From Phyllobates terribilis (taxonomy: Eukaryota): a stretch of 64,000 nt of DNA. Below, piece by piece: positions 1-12,760 of this stretch (positions within the stretch are counted from its first letter, which is position 1; each line of letters opens with the position of its first letter). The notes under the pieces are model-generated. The model was not told where the DNA came from. It saw only the letters and a list, made by a program, of their open reading frames with translations, and ran no database searches. The translations under genes were made by a program, and so were the position numbers. The DNA lies in assembly GCF_046119375.1 (NCBI RefSeq), contig NW_027362762.1, positions 356,004,001 to 356,068,000 on the forward strand, written 5' to 3'.

Positions 1-272
1 TAGAGAATTTAAAAGCCCCTCCCCAATCCACAGGGTTTACCAAGATCACCTGGAAAAATGGTTACCTGACAGTTATATGGAATACATAGGGAGGGAAATT
101 CGTGCTGTCGTGGAAGGCTTCTAGAAACCGAATTACCGGTAAGGACTAATTCCATTTTCTCAATACGCCTTCCACGACAGCATTGGAGGAATACCAACGA
201 TATTTTATTAGGGAGGGACAATAGCTTGTAGGACTTTCCTACCAAAGGCTAAATCCCTAGTGGATGATAAGT

Positions 273-1050
273 CTAATATATAATGTTTGGAAAACGTATG
301 AAGGGAAGACCATGTAGCTGCCCTGCAAAACTGCTCAGTAGAAGCACCACTCTTTCGGCCCATGAAGTTGATGTGGATCTGGTAGAATGGGCCTTTAAGG
401 CAATCGGTGGATTCATTTGTTGGTTGTTATAGGCTTCCCCAATTGCCTTTTTGATCCAGTTTGCTATAGTGGATTTAGCTGCCTTCCTTCCTCTGTTCTG
501 CCCTGAGTGCTGTATAAATAGGTTCCCATCCAATCTCCAAGACTCAGTTTGTTGAAGATAATAAAAGGACAGCTCGGCGGACATCTAGAAGGAGGAACCC
601 TGCTTCCTTTGGATTGGAAGGATTCTGGCAGAAGGAGGGAAGGATGATTTCCTGGTAACGATGGAAATCCGTAACTACCTTTGGGAGAAAGGAAGGGTCC
701 AGGCAAAGCGTAATTCTATCCTCGGTCACATTCATGTAAGGTTCTCTGATAGAAAGGGCCTGTAGTTCTCCTACTCTCCGTGCTGAAGTGATGGCTACTA
801 AGAAGGCAGTCTTATGGGAGAGAGTCTGTATTGTGCTAGAGGATAGAGGCTCAAAGGGAGAGAGAGTTAAACCCTTGAGTACCACGTTTAGATCCCAGGA
901 TGGGATTTGAGACTGAATTCTTGGGTGAAGTCTGAGTGCAGAAATTATGAATCTCTTGATCCACCTATGAGAGGCCAAATCCTGGTCGAATATGGAACTT
1001 AGGGCTGAAATCTGCATCTTAAGAGTGCTGGGTTTGAGACCCAACTCCAA
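273..1050 (-). pseudogene. DIRS tyrosine recombinase (frameshifted)
   Basis: ORFs 544-1050 and 273-584 carry the R and HxxR motifs; a further frame shift restores ATWSSLHTFSKHY with the catalytic Tyr. Confidence 0.88.
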
Positions 1051-1224
1051 TCCACGCTGTAGAAAATCAAGGATCCGAGCAATGTTGGGAGGTGAGGTAT
1101 CAGGAATGTCCGGGGTGTACCATGATAGGAATTTTTTCCATATTTTGCCGTATATTGCATTGGTTACTGGCTTCCTACTCTGTTGAAGAATTTTTTATAA
1201 CTTTTTCCGAGAGACCTTTGGATC

Positions 1225-2942
1225 TTAAAATCTCGGCTTCAGTAACCAGGCTGCCAGGTTTAGCCACTGAGGATTGGGATGGAACAGGGGCCCTTGAGAG
1301 AGAAGGTTGTTGACCTGTGGTAGTATCACCGGACCCTCTAGGCAGAGTTCTGTGATGACCCCGAACCAAGGCCTTTTGGCCCACAGAGGGGCCACCAGAA
1401 TTGTTGCCACTCTCTCTAACCTGACTTTCTGGATGGTTCTTGCTATCAGCGGTATTGGAGGAAATGCATAGACCAGCTTGAAATGCCAGGGATGGGGTAG
1501 TGCGTCCAAATTCATGGCATTGTCTCGTCTGTCCACTCAAAAGAAGAGGGGAAGTTTTGCGTTTAACCGACTGGCAAAGAGATCTACCTCGGGGAGACCC
1601 CATTTTGCTACCAGTGACTGGAAAATATGATGATTCAGGTGCCATTCTCCTGGCTGGATATCATTCCTGCTTAGAAAGTCTGCTTGAACGTTGTTTGAGC
1701 CTTTCAGGTGGATTGCTGAAAGTGATAGGATATGTTGTTCTGCCCCAAAAAATATTCGGCCTGCAATCTCTTTTAGGCTGTGTACCTTTGTACCTCCTTG
1801 ATGACGAAGGAAGGCAACTGTAGTCACGTTGTCCGAGAGAATCTTGATGTGAGAACCCTGGATTAGGTTGACTGCCGCTCTGAACGCTTTTTTCTACCGC
1901 CATTAGGTCCCTGAAGTTGGAAGATCTAGCACTGATCTCGGGACTCCATCTGCCTTGAAAAGGAATCTGGGCCACCATAGCTCCCCAGCCTCGTAAACTG
2001 GCGTCGGTAGTCACTGTAATTAGAGGGTCATGGGTCACAGAAATCCCCCTCTGAAGATTTCAGGAGCTTAGCCACCAAGAAAGAGAAGCTTTTATCCGAC
2101 CGGGGGTCCTGCACCGTTTGTTTAGCGAGTCCCTTTGTCTGTTCCAGTATCTTAGGATATGATCCTGGAGGGGCCTTGAGTGGGCCTGGACCCACAACAC
2201 CAACTGGATACAGGCTGTCATAGACCCCAATACAGACATTGTCGCTCTCTACGTTGGATTCTCTTGGTGTCTGAAATTTGAGATTTTGGATCTGAGAGCT
2301 GTCTGATGCTCCAATGGTAGAAAGGACATCTGTTTGTTGGAGTCCAGTAAGACACCCAAGGAACTTCCTCCTTGATGAAAGGAGGAGTTCCGACTTTTTT
2401 AGGTTTGGAACTCAACCTAATGATCGAAGGGTTTTTAAGGTTATAGAGACGTGAAGATTGTCGCTCATTCAGTAGCAACTCTCAATCAACATGTCGTCCA
2501 AGTATGGAATTAGGCAGACGCCCTGTTTCTGGATGAGTGCAATGACTTCTGCCACAATCTTCGTAAACACCCGGGGTGCTGAAGAGATGCCGAAGGGCAG
2601 TAAGTTGTACTGGTAATGAACTGTTATATTGTCCCTGAGGACTGCAAACCGCAGGAACTTCCTGTGGGACGGATGAATCGGCACATAGTAGTACGCATCT
2701 TTTAAATCTATGGTCGCCATGACGAAGTCTTTCCCTATTAGGGGAATAGTTGATTTTATAGACTCCATCTTGAATTGTCTGTATTTGATGTGATGGTTTA
2801 GGGACTTCAGGTTGATTATGATGCGTGAGGTCTCTGATGATTTCCATATTAGGAATATTTTTGAGTAGTGACCCGTCGCCTCCTGGCCAGGAGGGATCAT
2901 AGACACCACTCCCGAATTCAGAAGGTTTTTTAGGGCGAACAA
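1225..2942 (-). pseudogene. DIRS reverse transcriptase / RNase H / methyltransferase-like region (fragmented)
   Basis: DLKDAYYYVPI, LPFGISSAPRVFTK, YLDD, TTDASLRGWG, EVDLFASRLN and YAFPP motifs spread over ORFs 2469-2942, 1661-2038, 1537-1827, 1225-1536. Confidence 0.9.
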
Positions 2943-4674
2943 AAGGAGTTCCTGAGTCCCCCCGAGAAGGAAGGGACATGATCCTCAGGATCTGAGGGGG
3001 GCGACTCTCGAATTCCAATAGAAGACCCTCCTCGATGGTATTGTGGATCCACTGGCAGGAAGATATTGCCCGCCACTGGGGAAAGAAATTCGAGAGATGT
3101 CCCCCTACACGGACCAAATCATTGCCTGTCCTGCTGCTGGTGTTGTTGCTGGGGTACAAGGATGTTGCGGCCCCTGCCGCCTTTAGGATAGCTCCAGCAC
3201 CCAGATTTTCCCTTTCCTCTATACTGTGAGGGGTGACTTTGGGAAGGCTGAAAGGAAAGTTTCTTAGCCTGTTTCTGTTCGGGAAGGGTTTTCTTCCTGT
3301 CCGAAGCCTTTTCCAGGATTTCATCCAGGGCTGGGCCAAATACATACTTTCCTTGGAATGGAACAGAGCTTAACTTTAGACGTGAAGTCCCCACTCCATG
3401 TTTTGAGCCATAGTGCACGGTGAGCAGTATTGGACAGGACAGCTGCTCTGGCCCGGCAGGGCCCACGGCGCGTCACCTCCGGCGCGCGCGGCGACGCCAC
3501 TTCTGGTGCGCGCACGGGGATGCCCCGTGCACGTGGCGAAGTCCGCGCTCCCCAGGCCGCCAGGAAAGAGGAGATGCCGGAGAGCAGGAGCGGCCTCCGG
3601 CATGAACGATCCCCTGGCTTGCTTTACCCTCTGTGGGGCGCAGGAAGCCACAGTGGTCCCCAAAGGGGAGCAGCAAGGAGGGAGGAGGGAGCACCCCGAC
3701 TGACCACTGCCCGGCCCCACAGGTAAGAATACAGCGCAGCCCTGCAGGATCTCTTCATGACCCAAGGAGGACAGGAAAACACTGGGGATTGACGGTGGGG
3801 AGGGGCTTTTAAACTCTCTCTGTTCCTGTCCCCCAATAGGGCGTGGACAACATCCTCCAATGCTGTCGTGGAAGGCGTATTGAGAAACCCTATATAGGTG
3901 TAAGGCTGGCCACATATAGAACTAGTAACACAGTCAAATCAAAACAATTCAAGACAAAGTCCCAAACTAAAAGGAATATGTCTAAATATGCATACCATTA
4001 TCTAGCAGCTATAAAGACTGAACAGTACTTGAGAAAAATAAGCGCGCGTGCGTGCGTTACATATACCATATAAAGACGGGATAATTATGATAGCCAAGAG
4101 ATCAAACACAAATTCACAGGCATTACACCAACCAAAATTGGGGATACAAAGTGTCCACTTCACCCGAGGCAGTTTTCACAGAACATGCTTCATCTGGGGC
4201 AGGGTATTATGTCCGATGAAGCCATCTTTTAAGTACACATAAGCCAATAGGAATATAGAATAATTTTAGACAGCGAGAGGGGGGAAAAAAAAAAAAAAAA
4301 AAAAAAAAAAACCCACACACCAACCACAACACACACCTTACATTAGGATCCAAGATGGCGAAGACGCAGACGCAGGAATTGGTTTGCATGAGGTTACTGA
4401 TCAGCTGACCTCACTAGGAAAATATGATGGCATGATGACAGGCCTCTTAAGAAATATGGAAAGTTGTAACCAGCATTGGAGAATACAGTTGTTTAAGTTT
4501 ATTTTGACAATTTATACAACTTTTCACAATATAAAACATTGCATTTTATAGAAAAAAAAAAATTGTATATTCACAGTAAGCATGCATCTTCCATAATAAA
4601 GTAATTGTCACTCATACTTTACAGTATGAACTAGTAAAAGGAAGCAGTGGGTTTAACAACCAGATAAGGACTTA

Positions 4675-4878
4675 GGCCATGGCCCCATTATCAGTATTTG
4701 ATCAGTATTTTTTCCCAGAAGTGGGAGCCAAAACCAGGCGAGGAACAAATCAGAGAAAAGTTATAATAGAAACACATCACCAATTCTGCATTTATCATCC
4801 ACTCCTGGTTTTGGCTCCCACTCCTGAGAAAAAATACTGACCGAATACTGACCAAATACTGATAGCAGGGCCGTGGCC
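4675..4878. mobile_element. Harbinger/Tourist-like MITE
   Basis: TTA|GGCCATGGCCCC...GGGCCGTGGCC termini with long internal inverted arms (tcagtatttg / caaatactga); same internal sequence as the copy near 53330-53512. Confidence 0.6.
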
Positions 4879-6447
4879 CAATTGTGCAAGTGGAAGTTGG
4901 AAAATTAAAGCGTTTGTCATTGCAGTTTATCCGTGCTCTAGCTTATGCATGACGTCCATGTCCAGTTTTAATTTCTACAACCAAAATGTGCCCCAAGCAG
5001 AAATTTAGATCATTCAACTTAAGAGAAAGTATCCATTCACAGCCACATTACAACCAGAGAGTAGTTTTTTTGTTAGGCGGCCATCTTGTTGGTATTTTCT
5101 ATTATGGCAGATGATCCCTTCTCTTTTGGCAAATTGTGCTGAGATCCAGTATCTAGGAACAAAATATTAACACAACAATGATTAATTAATTTATTCTGTT
5201 TGGGAATTCCTTCCATCCTGCACAACAATGGAAGAACTAACCCTTACTGTCAGGACAATTTTCACACTTTTGGATCTTCAACTTGAAGGAAGAATTAAGA
5301 CTTTACTGGCCCCATTCATCAAGTCTGGTGTTTTTATGCCAGTCTTGATGCAGTGGGAGCGATGAAAATGCATGACAAATTCATAAAGAAGCGTGTGCAT
5401 CTTCGGCTGCCACCAGCCAGTGTCAGGAAATGTCCTCCAGTTTGGTATTGGAGGACATTTTTATCATAAATTACCCACATTTTTTTTTGCATAAATTATG
5501 ATGAATTTGTCAGCCACATCCCCTCTTAAGTAAGCTGCACCTACATTTCAAAAATGTGATGGATTTTACCAAGCTGGAATGAAAATGACAAAAGTCACAC
5601 TTTTTATTTTTATGCACCATTCCAAAAATTTTTGCTACACTTCAAGCAGTTTTCTGCCAGAAAACTGCTTGGTGACTTGGGTCTATTATGTATTTGGCCA
5701 GACTCAGATCTCCAGTGAGGAGACATTAGGCACATTGTGAAAATTCAACATGCAGTGTCAATACCTGTTACTTATACCCAAGTCATCAAACAAATATCTG
5801 CACAAAAATCATCAAAAGTGCAGACACCCAAAAATCTCTGCAATCCAGATGCTTTGACTTTGTCAGCAACTGCTCATATTCTGTCCCTTTATTACAATAA
5901 AGTACAAACATTCTGCTTGTTTAGAGATGATAACATGAAGAAAAGATCCTGTACGACCAGCCCCTATACTCACTGGATGGCTGCACAGGGTATTTCAAAA
6001 GAAATAGTAACACAAGTACTCATTGTGATCATTAATGTGGAGAAATACTTGAGTACAAGAGCTGGCGCAGAGCAGCTGACTTCAGTAAGAAACACATTAC
6101 TTTTTAAAAACAAATTCCAATGAGATACATTTATCATCTTGGCGCTGACGTGGAATATAACATGTACGGCGAGTATCGGTAAGGGGATAATAGCAGATTT
6201 CTACAAGAAAGGTATTGATCTTTTCAGTGTAACAACATCTACTTTTAGATTTAAGCAGAAGTTCTTCCTGACAGATTCCCTTTAGGGCACCAGTCAGGCG
6301 ACCATATAAATCGGAGAGATCGTAACGCAATGCCCAGACTGGCCGGCAGCTCTTCCGACCAGAGCGTGCGCAGAGTTACAATTCCTGTCCAATTTATACA
6401 ATCGTCTGACTGTGCCCTTAGAGTAAGGCCTCTGAAAGTGATTGTAC

Positions 6448-9400
6448 CTGGTTTTGGTTGGTTTTCCAATAATGCCTCTGGCTGCTCACTCCATAGCTTG
6501 TAGTTTGGATTATTTAGGAAGCGTTTAGTAACACCACAGCTAAGACATCGAATTATTGTTAGACTCTGTCCTCGATGTTCTGCATTGAAAAGGTAATGGT
6601 TTCATTTATTTTCGTAATGGGTATAAAACATTGGATCTTTTAATATTACGTAATAATAAAAAAAGTTACTAAGACAGTAACTTCCAAAAAGAAACACTTT
6701 TACCACACAGCAGTCTATGGTTACTGCAGAGTACACTTTTTTCCTTTTTAATTTGAGATGAATATTCTGATAATGGTGAGACAAAATGTGATATGAATAA
6801 AGCCTTAAATTGAATGTTGCACAATGAAATGATTAATTTAACAATGTAATAACACAATTTTTTTGGTTGCCCCTGAGAAGATAGATATACAGTTTTGTGA
6901 GAAAACATCCAGTGTAGCCTGTGTTTTAATCATTTAAACCTTTCTGGGATTTTCGGTCCAGTGGGCAGTCCCATCAATGACTGACAGCTTTCTTTACAGA
7001 TTTACATACAGGGGTAGCTGTCAGTCACTGATAGGACCTAATCCCATAAAGCGCAGGGGTTTAAATAAATAACACACAGGTTATATTCATTCTTTTCTAA
7101 TAAAACTGTACAATCTACTTCTCTCCTCCTGCACTATAATACAGCGCCTGCAGATTGGACATGAGACTAAGCTAATGGACAAGAGTGGTCACCTACACTC
7201 GACATTATAGGAGGAAGTCAGTTGATCTTGAAAGAAAACAACATGTATAGAAGAGGAGTAGAAGAAAACCCCCACCTAGCCCACTTACTTCTCTGTCTCA
7301 CAGTACAAGTGATGCCAGAAAGTAGGAGAGAGCTGCATCTCTTGCAAATTGTTCTTTTTATTGATGGATCCCTAGAAAAAGGTGAATGTGCAAATGATTA
7401 GTTAGTTAGATGTAGCAGTCCATATATAAACTGGCATGGCAGAAGTCACCATCTCCTTTAGCTCCTGTGGTTGAGAACTACAAATAAAGCACTGAATAAG
7501 TCAAGCTGCTTATAGAAGGAATATTATTATTTAATATATACGGTGCAGCAAAAAAAAAAAAAAAAATTAGAATAAATTACCCAACCCAATAGTAGTTATT
7601 AGTGATGAGCGCAAGGGCTCGTTACTTGAGTTTGCCCAGGATGCTCGGGTATGCATAGAGTATCGCAGGTGCTCGAGTGACATGTTAGAGTCCCCTTTGC
7701 TGTCAACAGCCACAAGACATGCGGGGATTGCCTGACAAACACGTGCAATCCCTGCATACCCGAGCATCCTCGGCAAATGAGTAACGAGCACTTGCGCTCA
7801 TCACTAATAGTTATCACAGTGGAGCCTGGCTGGGGGCAGTCATTAAGCTGCTGTTACATGCAGATGCCATAAATAGCCCAGTCATTGAGTTCACACATGG
7901 TCCGATTAGGCACCGGGGGGGGGGGTGTAACTAGATGATCAAAAACTCATCTTTAGCACATTGAAATTACACAGAAAAAAAAACTGTTGCACCCCATATC
8001 AACAGGAATAGTCTCAAACATTAACAACTCAATAGTAAAGTGGACCATACACATTAGATGGCCGTCAGCAAACCATGCATCGGCTGACAGCCATCTCTCC
8101 CATACACAGGAGTCCACACTTGGCTGAGTGCTCATGCTGTCTATGAGAAATTTGCCAACAAATAACCCTGCCGGCGACATATTTCAAGGTGAACAAAGAA
8201 ATTGGCAGTCTGAAACTGGACATGCTCAATGATCAGTTGGCCAGTGCTTCCATACACAGACTGTCAGATGAGCTAGCAGATATATTGACTGACCCAAGTC
8301 TAATGTGTATGGGGGCCTTAACTCAAGTGTACATCATCTTATCGTTTAAGACTGGTATGTTGTCAGGTTGCCAAAGTGAAGATTCAAAAGGTATTGTGAT
8401 CCAATAATTTATATCGGTGACCTTTTACCCCAATGGATGGGTCAAAAAAAATAAAAATAAAATAAAAAAGACATAATATTCAACTAGGTGAATCTCTGGG
8501 ATTCACACTACTAAGCTAGTGCAGAGTTGCAGGTAGACAAGCCTGTCAGGTACCAATATCTAAGTCTTTTACTGCTTTGTTTCAGTGACCATTGGACCGT
8601 CATTGATGAAAGCATCTGACCAGTCTATCACATGCCAGAGATATTCTGAGATTAGCATAGAAATGGAAGAGTAAAAAACACAACTAAAAGTATGCAATAT
8701 GTGATTCCCATAAAACGTGATTAAGCACTAGGTCTTTATCAGAAGGTATACTCCCAAAGGGAAAATAAAACTTACTGTCTTAAAACTAAACGCTTGCCAA
8801 TGGTTTTTTCTGTATGACAGTAAAATCGAGCGAGTTCCACATTCTCAGGGTTTGCAGCTAAAACACAATGTGCAGCCTGGGGGGAGTGAAAAAAAAGGAA
8901 GGTTACATAGTCCATTAATAAAAAAACCTGCAGTAATAAAGCTACTGAGATGTGTACAGGGTCAGATTGGGGTTCCTTAGGCCCAACAAGGGCAATGATT
9001 CTGAGCTCCATCCGGCATCTTTACAGGATATGATTTGCACAAAATATTACTATCAGATAGAGAAAAAAAATAAAAATCTGATGAAAACATGGACAGACAT
9101 GTGATTTACCTATGCCACTGTTACGCCCATGCATGCAATGCGGTCTGGAAGGGGTTACCAACCGTGGGGCAGCTGCCCCCCCCCCCCCTGTTCAGATCCA
9201 CAGGGGCTGTTGGTGACGCAGCAGAGATGGTTACAACTGCTAGCCAGGTTATAACAGCCCACCTAGTCCTGTGTCTTCTGGGGAAGTGATCCAGCCAACT
9301 CTCATAACTTGGGTGCACTTGATCAGGACCCCTCCTTGCGCATCTTCCCGGGTCATCTCTCTGCGCTGGCTCTCGCCCTCCTGCCCTGCGTCTCACACAC

Positions 9401-10266
9401 AGTGTCCAGAGCCGGTGGCCTTGTCGGGCGACGTCCTCTCTGTTCCCTTGGACCTATATGGTCTCCTTTTCAGCGAATGTGTGGTTTTTAGCTACAGCAT
9501 TTAGAGATGCTCTGACTGACTAACTGCCTTTCTAGATCTTTCTACCAGTCTTTTTATACTACCTGTCATGTGACCCACATCACCAACTGTTACTACGTGG
9601 TCCCCTCTACCTTCAGGCCTTCCTTCAGTGCTCCCCTAAACTACTTCCTCCACCCACCTCCTCTACCTAGTTTCCCCCTCTGGACAGGGACTGTGCTCTC
9701 CCTCAGGAGCAATCTCGCCCTTCCCTACTGGAGTGATGTGGTGTTGGATGTAGGTGTGTGGGTCCCGGGTAGTGCTCCCTCCTTACCCCAGAGTGGGGTA
9801 CCACACCTCTGGCTGAGATGCAGTACCTCTGTGGCGACTGGACCCGCAGGGGCACCACAAACTGTTTATTTTCAGTATCTGTTTCACAATGTCACTGCAC
9901 TTGGAACCCCCAATTTTCTATACATTATACAGAATGGCGTTGTTCAAAACTACAACTTGTCCAACAAAAATCAGGCCCTCATACAGCTACATCGACAAGA
10001 GGAAAAAGAACAATTATGGATCTTGGAGTGTGGGGGTGAGAGGAAACGACAAAGATTAGAAATTGTATCATCAGGAAGAAATGAATGACCTGTGACAAAC
10101 ACTTATCAAATTAGCAGTAATCCAGCCCTCTAGCACCCATTGATTTTTTTTTACCCCCCCATTGGTTGCTACTGAACGTGCCATGTATGGAGAAATTCAC
10201 CAGTCTCACCTGGTAAAGAAAGTTGAGCCTCTGCAGCGCTTCTTTGTCTTTAATCTGATTTGCCAT
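6448..10266 (-). CDS. RPP21: Ribonuclease P/MRP protein subunit p21; four coding exons found, terminal exon not resolved
   Basis: Exons 10210-10266 (MANQIKDKEALQRLNFLYQ), 8776-8876 (AAHCVLAANPENVELARFYCHTEKTIGKRLVLR), 7289-7371 (DPSIKRTICKRCSSLLLSGITCTVRQR), 6448-6579 (HRGQSLTIIRCLSCGVTKRFLNNPNYKLWSEQPEALL). All GT-AG, phases consistent, two CxxC pairs of the Rpr2 zinc ribbon present. Confidence 0.92.
7600..7806. mobile_element. hAT-type MITE in RPP21 intron
   Basis: TIRs TAGTGATGAGCGCAAG / CTTGCGCTCATCACTA; 8-bp flanks gtagttat and atagttat (7/8 identical) fit a hAT target-site duplication. Confidence 0.75.
9119..9859 (-). mobile_element. Probable solo LTR in RPP21 intron
   Basis: Minus strand begins TGTGGTGCCCC and ends GGGCGTAACA (TG...CA with short inverted ends); GC-rich block in AT-rich intron. 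No clean target-site duplication seen. Confidence 0.5.
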
Positions 10267-11756
10267 TTTCTGGAATAAATAAAAAAAAAAAAACAAAACC
10301 CTGTTCATATAACCTAAAAAAAATCTGCACATTTCCATCTCTCTGCATCTGCCCCTACAGTAAGGGATGGCTGGGGTAAACAGGAACAAAATATCTGAAA
10401 CTCAATATGTAGATTAACCCGATATTGACCAAATGCCATAAATTTAGTCCTGGGCTTCAACCCTGAAGCATTCTAAATTTATGGTGCGAGTTGAAGTTTC
10501 TGCAAACTAGCAGCAGCAGGTCCTATCCCCGACTGTCAGGCAAATGCACGGACCCGAGGAGAAGACAGACGCGGTTTATTGCCCCTTCGGTGGTCTCATT
10601 TACCGGCTGCATCGATCTCGCTGAGTGCGAACAGAGGCATTGGCATTGTCTATGTTTCTGTAGGACTTGGCAATTACATGTTCCCCAAGTCTCTGCCTGA
10701 CATAGAAGAGCCGTTGGGATGCTCACAGCCAGAGGCTGGTTTCCCCTGTAACTGGGGTCGTGTGGATGCACAAAACAACAACCAGGGATGTGGAGTCGGT
10801 AAGCCAAACCTCTGGCTCCTCAATTTCCATGACACCAACTCCACGACTCCCTCATACATGGCTCATGTTTAAGTGATAAATTTACTGTAGCACAGATTCA
10901 TGTCAGTTAAAAGTCTAGACCCTTAGATCAGGAATAGGACAGACATTTATAGGACATTTCATAACTTTCCCAAATTCTTATGAAAAAATATTCCCCACAA
11001 ACTGCATTGAATTACTGTACCCAATTTATTATATATTTTAGGAGTCGGCGTCAGTCCATTTTATACCAACTCCACAGCCCTGATTACTGCAAGAAAAAAA
11101 GAAAAACCTACACATCAGGTGTCCACACGACAAATGACAGCCTGGAGAATTCATTCAACAGAATATTTTGGTGTCAAACACGTCCGATTAGCCTCCACAT
11201 TTGGATCCTTCAGACGGAACCTGAAGACCCATCTCTTCAAACCAGCTTACAGCCTGCCATGACCTTGCAGGTTGTATCTCTCTCTAAAGAATGCAGCAGC
11301 ACTCCATATGGCCAAGATACATCTTAACAATTAAAATATTAGATCTAAACTGTTTTGCTCAGCAACAAGTACTTACAAAAAAAACGAAGGTTTTTAGCGC
11401 ATAAATTGGCCAATTCATGTGTGCCCATCAACTATGGCAAAGTAACCTCCCCCTGATGGGCAACTACTCTGCCTAACAGGCCACTTTTGGGCTACAAGCC
11501 TACAACTAAACAAACATGTCTTCTTCTGGGCTAAAAACACCTTTTGGGGGGGGGGGGGGGAATCTATCTGTGAAAACTAGATCTGTGAAACTGGCTCAGA
11601 TTCCACCTTTCATTTTCCAAAGAGTCTGTGAGGAATTAAAAGTGGAATCTGATTGGTTGCTAAGGGCAACTGAGCCAGTTTCACTTTACATCATGTTTGA
11701 TAAATCTCCCCCTTCATAACCTTATTACACTTTCTGTCCACCTACTTTTGGACCAC

Positions 11757-11815
11757 TATGTATGTATGTATGTATGTATGTATGTATGTATGTATGTATG
11801 TATGTATGTATGTAT
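11757..11815. repeat. (TATG)n microsatellite
   Basis: About 14 perfect tetranucleotide units. Confidence 0.97.
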
Positions 11816-12149
11816 TTTTTTCTTCATCAGAGAAAGGTTACATGAATTACCCAGCCATTTACATGTGCCCCAAGACAGACTAAAAATACAGTAAGGCTGT
11901 GTGCCCACGGTGCGTTTTTCAAGCGTTTACGCTGTGGAATTTCTGCAGCGTAAACTCTTGGGAAACGCTTGGTAAACCTTCCCACATGGTCTCCAATGCA
12001 ATTCCGCACTTTCAATGCCCATGATGCGGATTTTTCCGCAGCGTTTATGCTGCGCTCAAAAATCCGCAGCATGTCCATTAGTTTTGCTGAAGCGCTGCGT
12101 TTTCGCCACCATTGACTTGCATTAGAACGTGCCAATTCCGCAAGACTGC

Positions 12150-12760
12150 ATCTGTACTCTGCTGCTCGACTAATCCACCTGTCCCCCCGCTATTCCCCGG
12201 CCTCTCCTCTCTGTCAATCCCTTCACTGGCTCCCTATTGCCCAGAGAATTCAGTTCAAAACTCTAACCATGGCATACAAAGCCATCCACAACCTGTCTCC
12301 CCCATACATCTGTGACCTAGTCTCCCGGTACTTACCTGCACGCAACCTCCGATCCTCACAAGATCTCCTGCTCTACTCTCCTCTTATCTCCTCCTCCCAC
12401 ACTCGTATACAAGATTTCTCCCGTGCTTCCCCCCTACTCTGGAACTCTCTACCCCAACATATCAGACTCTCGCCGACCGTGGAAACCTTCAAAAGGAACC
12501 TGAAGACCCACCTCTTCCGACAAGCCTACAACCTGCAGTAAACACCACTGCACGACCAGCTCTACCCTCACCTACTGTATCCTCACCCATCCCTCGTAGA
12601 CTGTGAGCCCTCGCGGGCAGGGTCCTCGCTCCTCCTGTACCAGTCGCTGACTCGTTTTGTTAAGATTATGTAAATGCTTTTGTTATGTATATCCCTATCA
12701 CATGTAAAGCGCCATGGAATAAATGGCGCTATAATAATAAATAATAATAATAATAATAAT
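12150..12760 (+). mobile_element. 5'-truncated L2/CR1-clade LINE (ORF2 C-terminus, 3' UTR, (AAT)n tail)
   Basis: ORF 12269-12541 ([17 protein letters not shown]...LRSSQDLLL...FKRNLKTHLF), conserved 3' end gtaaagcgccatggaataaatggcgctat and AAT-repeat tail at 12731-12760; near-identical to the copy at 26914-28300. Confidence 0.85.

Larger units (their letters stand above)
1..3887 (-). mobile_element. DIRS1-type tyrosine-recombinase retrotransposon, copy A (degenerate, gag internally deleted, right end beyond window edge)
   Basis: Minus-strand ORF remnants in DIRS order: gag C-terminus (3119-3466, VPFQGKYVFGPALDEILEKAS), RT (2469-2942, YLDD motif in IPYLDDMLI), RNase H (1661-2038, TTDASLRGWG), methyltransferase-like (1225-1536, YAFPP), tyrosine recombinase (273-1050, TSARRVGELQAL, KAHSTR, KHY). 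Element 5' end 3853-3887 is the exact reverse complement of the internal complementary region at 156-190. Confidence 0.93.

Noticed and set aside
273-1827. Phage integrase plus Dam methylase suggesting prophage or bacterial contamination
   Set aside because: Both domains sit in the standard gag-RT-RNaseH-MT-YR order with ITR/ICR, i.e. a DIRS retrotransposon.
3376-3915. Cluster of overlapping Ala/Arg/Pro-rich ORFs on both strands
   Set aside because: By-product of the GC-rich DIRS leader (few stop codons); no recognisable domain.
5737-6123. 128-aa plus-strand ORF downstream of RPP21
   Set aside because: Non-ATG start, AT-rich, no recognisable homology or splice structure.
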